Assembly (NCBI GenBank): GCA_021613535.1
Contig: CP075495.1
Span: 2,418,001-2,482,000 of the forward strand
Direction of reading: 5' to 3'
DNA: 64,000 nt
DNA from: Adineta vaga
Lineage: Eukaryota; Animalia; Rotifera
In this document: positions 38,070-49,400 of the stretch, one piece after another
How the letters are laid out: each line of letters opens with the position of its first letter
Numbering within the stretch: position 1 is the first letter of the stretch
Program-made: the position numbers and the translations under genes
The notes under the pieces: model-generated
Databases searched by the model: none
The model's input: only the letters and a program-made list of their open reading frames with translations
Told to the model about the DNA's origin: nothing

Positions 38070-39653
38070 ATGTCGACAGTAGGAAAGAAATTGCCTGCAA
38101 CTTCATCAACAAATTTGAGAACTCTTCCGAAGGTATAAAAGATAAGAAACTTGTCAACACTAATCTATTATATATACGAAGAATGACATATTATGAACTA
38201 TACAATTCTTTTTCTCCTCTAGCCTGTATCTTCTTTATCAACATTAAGTAATTCATCATCTTCATCAATACAAAATATTGAAATAACATCAATAATGGTA
38301 GGTAATAATAATCGTGAAGAAATCTTAACAAACTGTAAAGCAACAGCAATGATTTATAATGATGCACAAAAGAAATGGATACATTGTGCATCGAATGGTG
38401 CAGCTAAGATTCAAATTTTATATACACCCGATACTCAAACATATCGTATTGTTGGTCGACAAATTCAAGATCATGAAGTTGTTCTAAATCATTTAATAAG
38501 TAAAGGTATTAAATATAATCAAGCAACACCTACATTTCATCAATGGCGTGATCAAACATCTGTTTATGGTCTAAATTTTTCTTCGAAACTTGATGCACAA
38601 GAATTTGGGACGACTATGATGAAAATTCTAGAAAGTGTCAATAGCTCTACTAATCTATCTTCTCACAGCAATGCTAATGGCGGAGTTACTCTTCCATCTT
38701 CGACTCAACAGAATAATAATAATAATAACACAAACGGCACATCGACATATAAACGTCAAACGAGCCAACCTTCTACTATTTCTTTTCCTCCAACAGCAAC
38801 CACAGTATCCATCAATTCTACATCTTCTTCTTCTGTTACTGTATTCGATCCACCAGTACAACAACAGCAACAACAACAACAACAACAACAGTTACATTTG
38901 TCGTCGTCTTACAATAATCAATTGCGTCCAAGCTTAAGCTCAATAAATTCGACATTAACGAGTACCAGTAATAATAATAATAATAATACTCCTCACCATA
39001 CTCAGCATCAACAACCACCTGAAGACGAAGAAGCAAATTACGCACTTATTTCCGATTCGCTTTCATCCTACGGTGATAATTCTACCAATAGAAATCATAA
39101 TATTCCACAAGCTCCACCTCTAAATCCAGCTATGTCTGCAAGTGGTGCACCACCACCACCACCACCACCACCACCGCCGCCGCCGCCACCACCACCACCA
39201 ATGCCTAACAATTTCGGAAATAGTCCACCTTCAGCACCATCACTTGTTCTACCTACTTCTAATGGCAATAGTGGTACAAATACACCAAGAAAATCCAGTA
39301 CAACTGCACCTCCTATGGATTTAATGTCGGAAATGGCAGCTAAATTTGCACAACGACGTAAACAAATTGATGAAGGTGAAAAACCAGATTCACCCAGTAC
39401 AACAAATACAATAAAAGCATCTTCAAAAGTACTGCCGACCACAACTTTACCACCGGCATCAGCTACACCACTTCAAACATCACCACGTATCAATCGAAAA
39501 ATGAGTGAAACTCAATCAGGTCCACATATAACTGCTAATGATTTGGAAAAATTAAAAAATGAAATACTTACTGAAATACGAAAAGATTTGGAAAAAGCAA
39601 AACAAGAAATTCTTACTGCTTTACTTGATCGTCCAAAAACGATAAGAAAATAA
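38070..39653 (+). CDS. ENAH: Ena/VASP family actin regulator
   Basis: Exon 38070-38132 splices in frame to 38223-39653. EVH1 (YNDAQKKW...KYNQATPTFHQWRD...YGLNF), poly-Q, a long poly-P run, FAB (LMSEMAAKFAQRRK) and the tetramerisation coil (DLEKLKNEILTEIRKDLEKAKQEIL). Confidence 0.9.
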
Positions 39654-40354
39654 ATCATATTTAAATCAACAACAACCAAAAAGGCTTTTCTTTGCTATGC
39701 TTGTACTGCTATTTTTCTATTTTATATACATATATATATATATATTATTGTTGTTTATCTTTGTGTACGTTTACTTCTAATTAATTTTCTTTATTTCTTT
39801 TTTTTATCTGAGCATTTGGGATAAATCATCAGTCTATAATTTGACAATATGCTTCAATAGTGGTGAAAAAATATTTTCTTTTCTTATTTACTTCTATAAA
39901 CGTGCTGCTTTCTTTTATGAAAATATATTTATACATTGAAAGATAAAAACAACCGTTATTCTACCATTTGGAATAAAGATCATGCTTTTTTGCTTCTTTT
40001 TCTCTGTCAGATAATTCATACAAATACATATATCTTACTCTTCGATGTATTTATTATCTGGTTAGCTTGTTTTTCTTTTTCTTCCCTTATTTATTACTAT
40101 TCATAAAGACAATAAATCGTTCTTTGTCGTTTGATTAACTCTGTTTCTTTTCTGTTCTTTCTGGATATTTAATACAGCGTTGTCTGTTGTATCTAACAGA
40201 ACATTTTCTCGTTTTTTGTTTTGTGAATTTTGCTTTTGAATTAACTGTGAAAATGAACAAAATAATCTCTAGTTCGAATAACTACAGTTTTCTTTTTATT
40301 ATTATTCAACAATTGCTTATTGTGTTCTTTGTTTTAGAATATAAAATTCACGTT

Positions 40355-42718
40355 ATGGAAGTAACGAATAATACACAACGAAAAGCAATACCACGTTCCC
40401 TTCAATTCCAACGAATGGAACGTATTGTTAAAGCCATGCAACATCCGACAGCAGGTGTACCTGTTCGAAGTCAAAAATTATTCTTAACAACAGTACCTAA
40501 TGCATTCACAGGTGCTGATCTAACTGAATGGATTACAGAAAAACTCAATGTCAAAGATTCGAGTAAGTCATATCGTCGATATTATTATTGAAACTAGCTA
40601 CTATTTATTTTATTAGCTGAAGCACTTCATTTGGCTTCATTATTATGTTATTATGGTTATTTTTTTCATATAACAACAAATGGAGCTGTACAAATCAAAG
40701 ATGATAATGAATTATTTCGCTTTCAAGCACCCTATTATTGGGTGTCAACTAATTGGACAACAGGAAACATTGAATATGGTTTGTTAGAAATAATTATTTA
40801 GTGTTCTGCAGTATTTAGTTGTGTTCTTTTAGCTATTTACTTATTAAAACGAACATTAAGAAATCGACAAAAACATGGCCTTGAAGAACATGAAATAGTT
40901 TGTTAAAACAAATTTATTTGAAATTTATTCTTTTTCATTTTCATATTTTCTTCAGCGTGCATTAGATGATCTGAAAAAACGATTAATTCATCAATGGGAT
41001 TTTGTTACCATGCAAGCAGAAGCTCAATTTCGGTAAGAAAACAACATATTGAAAACTTCGAATACACATGAGTTTTGCTATTTCTATTTAATTTTCATAT
41101 AGTGTATTGAAAGATCGTAAAAAGACCGATAAAACAATTATCGATAGTCAAGAACGAGCATTTTGGCGTGTGATGCGTCCATCTGTAAGTTTATTGAAGA
41201 TTTCCTTGTTGGAAATTGACTTCCGACATCATTCGTTTTTCAGCCCGATGAAGCACAGTATTGGAAATGGATATTCGAAATGATCTATATACTCAAAGAC
41301 CGATGAAACGTGATGAAGTATTAAAGCGCCGTGTAAGTCAGATGATTCATTCTTTGATTCCATTAAATATCAGTGGAGAAGTCTTTTTTTAATTGACATA
41401 CCATTTTTCAGCTTGAATATCTTCAACAAGCATTGACCAATCGAGTTCGTACAAAACTATCACAAACACATCAAAGGTCTTTCTGTTTTGTTCATACCCA
41501 TGCATATCCCATCCACCCCATTGATGTTGCGCCTCTCTCTCTCTCTCTCTCTCTCTTTCTCTATTTTCAATGTTATCAGTTTAATTGCTTTCGTGTGTTT
41601 AAAAGTTGTGTATATCATCGAATTAACTCGTCTCATCTTTATTCTTTAGTCTATGTGCATGTTTTGAATTATTCAGTGATTATGATCCTTTTTTGGGACA
41701 TTGTTTACCTTCAAATCCTTGGCTTACATCAGATACAGTTCGATGGGAACTAACACAACCTTTGTAAGTGATGTTAATTATGTATCACTTTTCTTCTGTA
41801 TGTATGCAAGTTGTATAGAGTGGAGAATCCAACTCAACTTCGTGTTCGTCGTTGGTCGTTTAACTGTAAAGAACTTTTATCGGATCCGACGGGTGTCCGT
41901 GAATTTATGAAATTCTGTGAAGCTGATTTTTCCACGGAAAGTTTAAATTTTTATTTACATGTTCAAGCATTACGAAATTGTCCATTATCACAAATCAAAC
42001 AAAATGCCGAGCTTGTTTATCGGTTTGTATAATTCTCTCATTTCAATTTAGAATTCCAATATTTTGTCTCTTTTCTAGAGAACATCTAGCACCGAATGCT
42101 CCTCAAGAGGTGAACATCAATGATACAATACGCACAAAAATTATTAAACAGTTAGATAATCCAAATCGGTAATGAAAGAAAAATTTTGGCATTTTTTTCT
42201 ATCCATAATCCATTGTATTTCTTTTGTAGAGAAATCTTTTTCGAAGCAGAAAAACATATTATTGAATTGATCAAGAAAAATAGTTATTCACGTTTTCTTC
42301 AATCAGAACTTTATCGAAATCTTTTACAAAATGCTTCCAATCCATTACCAAAGAAACAGTAAGAAGACTTCATTTTTCACACCTACCCATTTACATACAC
42401 ATTTATTCTATTTAGGGGAATATTTCATTTTGTCAAAGATACGTATTTTCGTACATCAGAAAGTAGTAGTGATGACGAATATGATTCTGATGATTCTGCT
42501 CGAAAAGTTGATAATGTTCCACATAAATCTCAACCTTTAGTTGGAACATTAGTCAATACAGCAGCTGTAGCAACGGCAGTTGTTGCTGCCACTTCGGCAT
42601 CGATTCAAGCATTGGGTAATGAAGGAAAAAGGTAAAAAAAGAACTTTTAGATTAGAAACTTTGATAACTTTCATTTTGTTTTAGACTTTCGATACGTAAT
42701 CAATCGGGAACAAAATAA
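40355..42718 (+). CDS. R7-family regulator of G-protein signalling (DEP-DHEX-GGL-RGS; RGS9/11-like), apparent 1-nt frameshift at about 41255
   Basis: DEP (VPVRSQKLFLTTVPNAFTGADLTEWI, FRFQAPYYW), DHEX (DSQERAFWRVMRP), GGL (YDPFLG..LPSNPW) and RGS box (RVRRWSFNCKELLSDPTG...EFMKFCEADFSTESLNFY...APQEVNI...KKNSYSRFLQS). Confidence 0.9.
41533..41557. repeat. (CT)n microsatellite in RGS intron
   Basis: Visible ctctctct run. Confidence 0.85.
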
Positions 42719-43041
42719 GAATGAATTGATTTTTATTTCCTTTTTTTTATCGTACATTTTGATACTATTCATGCATTTGATACGGCATCGTTCTGATCAA
42801 TCAAAAACAAACACTTTGTTTTCTCAAAATATTTCATTAAGATTCCTATATTCAAATCCGCATAAAACTCGATGTATCGTTTGTATTTTTCTGTCAATAT
42901 ACTTTTGTCTGTAAATGTTCTGTGCCTTTTTGTTGGTATGTGTAAATGTCCTGCAACTATTATTATGATTTTTTGTAAAAAATATGAAATTAACTAAATA
43001 CTCGATGATATTTTTTATTACAAACTTATTGAATATTTTAG

Positions 43042-43821
43042 ATGGAAACAATAACGATTCCGTCTTTTGCATCTATAATAATTCAACCGAAATTGTCAGA
43101 TAGAACTGCAAAATCAAATAAAATCATTTGTCGTTTGGGATGGTCGTCATTTATTCTTGGTGCTTGTGCTTTTTTTATACATTATATTTCATTGAATTAT
43201 CTTGCAAATTTCTCACCATTTAATGCTGGTCTTATCACAGGATTTTTTCTTATGATTGCTGGACTAGCATCAATCGCAGCTAGTTATCATGAAACATCTT
43301 ATAAGTATCATCTTCATGCTCAAATTTGGTCATTTATTGTCGATTTTATCTTAGCACCAGGTTTGATTCTAGTAGCTATTGCTGCATTGATTGTTGATAG
43401 TCAAGATATTTATCCCATATGTCAATCCTACGTGTCGCCATCACGAGTTCGTTCAAGTGAATTTCATGTTGATTATTCATCGGATATCTTATGTGTAAAA
43501 GTAACAAATCTATATAATTTAACACGAATATTGAATATTATTCAATTAATTATTGGTATGATCTGTTTTGTAATTCATATATTTCTTTTAACAAATCAAC
43601 AACGTGTAATTAAACAAATAAAAATAACTGAAAATTCTATTTCCAAAGAAATGATTATTTATCCTCAACCAAATTCTATTAAGACGAGTAAGAATTACAA
43701 TTATTTGATAAACATATTGTTTCTATTATCTTCTTTTCATTTAGATCAAATAATAAACGAGATTGATCTGCCACCTAAGTATGAAGATCTTTATTCATTG
43801 TCTCAAACAATCTCCAAATAG
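43042..43821 (+). CDS. Four-TM MS4A/CD20-like membrane protein
   Basis: Four hydrophobic segments, FSPFNAGLITGFFLMIAGLASIAA (CD20-like TM2), a paired Cys loop before TM4 and a C-terminal LPPKYEDL (PPxY). There is a 57-nt in-frame intron at 43688-43744. Confidence 0.55.
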   Translation: METITIPSFASIIIQPKLSDRTAKSNKIICRLGWSSFILGACAFFIHYISLNYLANFSPFNAGLITGFFLMIAGLASIAASYHETSYKYHLHAQIWSFIVDFILAPGLILVAIAALIVDSQDIYPICQSYVSPSRVRSSEFHVDYSSDILCVKVTNLYNLTRILNIIQLIIGMICFVIHIFLLTNQQRVIKQIKITENSISKEMIIYPQPNSIKTSKNYNYLINILFLLSSFHLDQIINEIDLPPKYEDLYSLSQTISK

Positions 43822-44337
43822 TGTTGCTTTTTAGTGAATTTTGATCCGATTTATTTTTATCTTAACTTTATTGTAGTTGTAGTTGGTCAGATATGATGAT
43901 AATAAATATATTCAGGGGTAATAAATACGAATTTTTCTCTCAATCTGAAATTATCAATTTCATAAATTATCCAATGTAATTAATTCTGTTGATCTTTTGT
44001 TAATATCATCATCATCATCAACATTAACTAGCGACATCTTTCAACATTCCATCTTTTCTGGTGGTCAATTCTATAAAAGAAATTTCCTAAATAATATGCA
44101 AAGTATTAAAATAAATCATAATTACTAAAATATTCTATGGTTGAAAAGCGTGATTAGACTTTTAGTAGCCTCTACCAGATCTAACATTTTCCATGGTCGG
44201 ATAACAATGGCGATGAAAAGAAAGAAATAACTAACTGACACGTTATTTTGTTTTTTCATCCATGATTTTATTATTATTCATTTAAAAATCCTGTTTTGTA
44301 TTTTTAATTCAGACAAATTTGAACGAATTTCAATATA

Positions 44338-44661
44338 ATGTCCGATTCTACTGTTGAAAATCAACCAACTGTATCAGATAAAACAACATCCGATGAACCA
44401 ATGGATCAACCACAGGTAGATTCAACAACGAATAAGGTTAGCAATGAAACAGTCACTGCTGAAACTTCAAACAAGGATGATTCCAATCCAACGAAAGAAA
44501 AACGTGATGTTTCAACATTACCAACACGTGCATATCTTGATCAAACAGTTGTTCCTATACTTCTACAAGGTATGTCACAAATCGCACGTGATCGTCCAGC
44601 CAAACCAATCGAACAATTGGCTTTATATTTACAACAAAATAGAGAAAAATATGGCGAATAA
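44338..44661 (+). CDS. DPY30: Dpy-30 homolog, copy a
   Basis: [40 protein letters not shown]. Intronless CDS. Confidence 0.92.
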   Translation: MSDSTVENQPTVSDKTTSDEPMDQPQVDSTTNKVSNETVTAETSNKDDSNPTKEKRDVSTLPTRAYLDQTVVPILLQGMSQIARDRPAKPIEQLALYLQQNREKYGE

Positions 44662-44870
44662 ATTTTAAAACAACAAAGTAGACTCTTTTCGTTGAATGAA
44701 CCTACATTGATATTGTTTGCTTTTTTTCTTGTTGGTTTTACTCTTATTTACATCTTTTTCCTTCATACATTAATGTTTATATCTATAAATATTATTCAGA
44801 TTGGATTTTTTTAACAAAATTTCAATGGGAAAAAAAGTTTTATTTTTAGGATAAAGAAGAAAAATTTTAT

Positions 44871-44880
44871 TTTCGCGCCA
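44871..44880 (+). promoter_or_regulatory. E2F-type site upstream of DPY30 copy b
   Basis: TTTCGCGCCA matches the TTTSSCGC consensus, about 70 nt before the ATG, in otherwise very AT-rich DNA. Confidence 0.45.
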
Positions 44881-44948
44881 TATATTTCGTTGTTTTCTTT
44901 TTTAAGATTTGTTTCCTACGCGCATTTATATAAACAAGAAATCTAACC

Positions 44949-45317
44949 ATGTCGGAAGTTACAGGTGAAAATCCAACAACAACAACAACAACAACTGGTA
45001 GTGAATCAGCTGAGAAAAATGCAACAACATCATCGGAACAAATGGAAGCTCAACCAGCAACTGAATCAGGTGAACAACAATCGAATGATAAACAAGCTGA
45101 TACAACCAAGGAATCAACTGGTAATTCTCAGCAGCAACAATCAGGTGAAAAAACCAAACCCGATTTATCAACATTACCAACACGGGCTTATTTGGATCAA
45201 ACTGTTGTTCCAATTCTTCTTCAAGCAATGTCTCAACTTGCTAAAGAACGACCTGCTAAACCAATTAGTTTTCTTGCTGAATATTTACTTAATCATAAAG
45301 AGAAGTACAATGAATAA
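44949..45317 (+). CDS. DPY30: Dpy-30 homolog, copy b
   Basis: [40 protein letters not shown]. Intronless CDS. Confidence 0.93.
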   Translation: MSEVTGENPTTTTTTTGSESAEKNATTSSEQMEAQPATESGEQQSNDKQADTTKESTGNSQQQQSGEKTKPDLSTLPTRAYLDQTVVPILLQAMSQLAKERPAKPISFLAEYLLNHKEKYNE

Positions 45318-46439
45318 ATAGAAGAAAAAATCCTTAGAGAACGACATAATATTCGATTCAAACACTTTTTTTCTTTTTCTTTCTTTCTCTCTTTCTTTAT
45401 CATTGTTAATCGAACGATTTTTATGATTATTCATTAACTTTCTCTTTCTCTTCTTCTTCTTCTATTCTACTACTACTACTACTTGTGTCTTTATTTGTTG
45501 TGTTTCTAAAACATTAGGCCTCTGTTCCTGTTGATTGTGGTGATGTTGTTAAACAAAAAGGAGAGAGAGAAAAAAAAATATATACAAGAAAAAACAAAAA
45601 TTCAACATAATTCGATCAATTTTCGAGAGCGTTTGATTTCCTCGGGATGTTTTTTCTTTCTAACTAACATTGAGCAACAACATTCTATATATAAATTCCG
45701 TCAAAAACTAATTAAATCTATTTTTATATTGGAAGTTGGGTAAATATACGGAAAAGTTTTTCTTCACTTGTCTTCATTAGTATTATAATCATACGAGTCT
45801 CTCGAGTTAACACTTCTAAATAGAGTAGAATTTCGACGTATATAACGAATCAATTCTAATGAGAAAAATTTCTTTCGATTCCTATAAAAATATCATTGTG
45901 AACTTTAGACTTCAATGTCGTCAAAAAAAAAGAAAGTTCATATGGATGGCATTCATGCTATTCTCATTTGTATTCGTATTCTCATAGGAAATACATTTTT
46001 CTATTAATTTTCTTCTCAATAATCATATTAGATGATGACGAGAAGATACAAAAATTGAACAAACATGATGTCTTCTTCTGAAAACTTAACTTATATTTTA
46101 TTTGAAAAAATTGTTATTTAAGTTAGATCATTCGAACAGAACAACAAAAAGTACGAAAAGAAAAAATACACTGATACAAAGATTAACTGAGTATTCATTT
46201 GAATAACTAGAAAAAGAACAAATAAAAAGAGAGAATTTCACACTGTACAGTGATTAGTTCATTGTATATTACATATGTATAGAGAGAGAGAGAGAGAAAT
46301 AGAGAATATTTCTAAAAGTGCAATTATGTTGAATAGTCTTGGAAAAAGTTTCATGAAGGTATATTAACATATGTTACGGGGGACGGAATGAATATGCTGA
46401 AAAAGTAAAGAAAGCATTCACATTAAATCGATTTATTAT

Positions 46440-49400
46440 CTAAGGACTATCTCGATCGATAGCAGTTTGTTGTTGCATTAATTGTAATTCTAATCGTTTT
46501 AAAGCATTTGAATGATTTTGATCCATTTGAGCGATTTTATTTGAATGTTGTTGTTGTAAAGTAAGAACAAATTTAATCAAATCTAATCATAAATAGAATA
46601 GAAAATAGAGAAAAAATATGATCAATAAATTTTCTCTTTACCATCTTTTGATGATGATTGAAGATCATCAGGTATTAATTGTACATGATTATCATTATCG
46701 AAATCATCGGATGAAAATTTATTATTAAAAGTAAATGAGGAATTTAACATTGATGTTGATTGTGAATATGAATGTCCATTTGGATTTAATTCATTGGTTG
46801 GTGATGAAAGAAAACCATTTGGCGGTCCCGGTGTCCAAGGAGATGATGGACAAGTAGCTGGTGATAATAATTTCGTATTTGAACGTAAACTAAATTCAAA
46901 TATTTCAAATAGAAATTGTCATTTAATTGGAGAAGGATTTTACTTAGAAGTTGAATCGAGATTTTCTGGATCGGCTAATGAACGATTCGTCGCTGATTTA
47001 TCAATTCGTGGACTATTAGTCTAGAAAAATAATAGGATATCTTTCGATATAGATATAATTCGAGAAAAATCAGAAATTACTTTAGATGATGAAAAGAATG
47101 AACTCATTTTTCCATTAGTATTTCCATTCGTTATTGAATAACCGTTTGTTGTCATTGATTCTCGTGATGCACTTCGTTGTAAATCCATTGTCATTGAACG
47201 TGTTTTTGTTCGTGTATCATTCGATGGTGGTGTCGTAACGATAATAGTTGTTGCTGGCGATGACGATGGATTTTGTACACGTAATTTTGGTGCAATAAAT
47301 CGACGTCGTACAGAACCAAGTAATGAACTGTCAGCATGTCGATCCGGTGTTTTCAATAAAGAATTATTTTGTACTTCTTCACGTTGTTGTTGCTGTTGTT
47401 CAAGTTCACATTCATGTTTATATTGACTATGATATAAGATAAAATTCATCAATGAACGATTGTTATCATGTAATGTACGATATAAATTTTCGAATAAATT
47501 CATTTTTGTTCGTTCCTATGAGAAAAAAATCATCAATAAATATGAGATGAACAAAATACAGAAATCTTTTTTTTGTTGTTTTACTTGATATTTTTGAAAA
47601 GTACTTGCACGACATGAAGCCATTTCTGCATTGATTAACTTTGTTAATATCCATTGTTTAAATATTTGATCACAATGAAATGATGTTGATAGATTTGAAT
47701 TCGGTCCAAATGATGGAACACTATCACGATGCATAACTGAAACTTTAAATTCAGTTCCAGTTGAATCTAATGGTGTAACAACAAGATAGACATGGAGAAA
47801 TTGTGATGTTATACATTCTGGATTGAATAATGTTTCGGTTTCTTGAAAAACAATTGCGACAATATCATTACCAATATGACGTTTACGTTCTAATTGTTGT
47901 CGTTCACTTTTTGAATGTGGTAATAATGTACTAACATGAAACATAATTTCATGATTATGAAATTGTTCATAAACGGATTCAACGCCTGTTTGATCACATT
48001 TAACATCAAGACCACCACGAAATCTATAGATAAATATTGATTTGTAAATACTAATGGATAAATTCGAAATTTTACCCTCGAAAATCTTTTAGTTTAACAC
48101 GTGTACCAATTAAATCAAGAAATTTTTCCATTGCAACACTATGTGTTTCATTACTAAATATATCTTCTTCTGTTAGTTGATTTTCACGTTGATAGATGAT
48201 ACCAAATTTATGTTGATTGGAGACATGTGATTCATCATATTTTAATAATAGATCATGTGTCTAAATATAAAGAATAGAATTATAATAAAAAAGACAAAAG
48301 AGAAAAAGAATATTTTTACTCCATCACATAGCACCGGATCAAAATATTCTATATCATGAATAGCACATTGTTCACATAGACGACGTAAAATATCACTTGG
48401 AGGAGTTGATGAAGATATATCAGTAAGTGATTCAATCATTGTTCGTTGTCGTGTTCTAAAATTTGAAATTAATAACACAATTATTTATCTATGAAAAGTT
48501 CGACTATGTTAATAGAACTACCTAACAATTGACATAACAGATCGTTGTTTATTCTGATCAAGAGAATGTTTATATGAAATAATTACATGTCCTTGACTTT
48601 CACTAGTACCATACCAATTAAAATGTTCCTAGAAACAAGAGATAGAAGAAGAAAAAAATAAGATTAATTCAAAATGTCAACACATACAGTCGATTCAAAT
48701 TGTTGACGATAGATTAAAGGTTTATCATCAATTTCTAATTGTGGTAAGCATTCATCAACACTTGTTCGAGTATTAATGTGATTAAAATTGGGACTTTCAA
48801 AACACCATGTATAATCATTAATTGTTTTTGTATTATTGTTTCCATTGAAGACTGTTCGATGTGATGAGGGTGATTCAATCATACCATTACTACCAACATT
48901 AGATAATGGATCAAATAAGCCCTATAAAATTCAATGGATGAAAATAGAACAGAAAAGTCGATTTGATCTTTGAAAAAGATTGACTTACTAATCGATCGAC
49001 TGTAGTAGAAGGTGCCGTCGAAATACGCTAGAAAGAAAAGAGAAGAAAAAAAATCATTGGATTTATCGACGATAGATGCATGTATATATATATATATATG
49101 TTTAGTTTTTAGTCAAGGAAAAGCACGTACAAAATAATTGTTACTACGAATATGTAATAATGGTGATAGATTGAGCATACGATGAGTAAATATTGGTGAC
49201 ATGCTTGATAACTTCTCATCTGAATCCATATTCAAACGTAGTTCCGTCGTTACGGCTCGTTCACGACGACGCATGATGATTATGTTTTTTAAGAAGATAA
49301 GATAATTATGGATGAAGAGAAAATATCTTCGAACGAAGATCAAGTTCGATGCAATAAGCTTGTTATTATTTTTATTATTTCTTTCGGCACAATAACAAAC

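Noticed and set aside
38635-39442. Poly-G, poly-H, poly-L and poly-V ORFs
   Set aside because: They are shadows of the Ena/VASP (CCA)n and (CAA)n codon runs.
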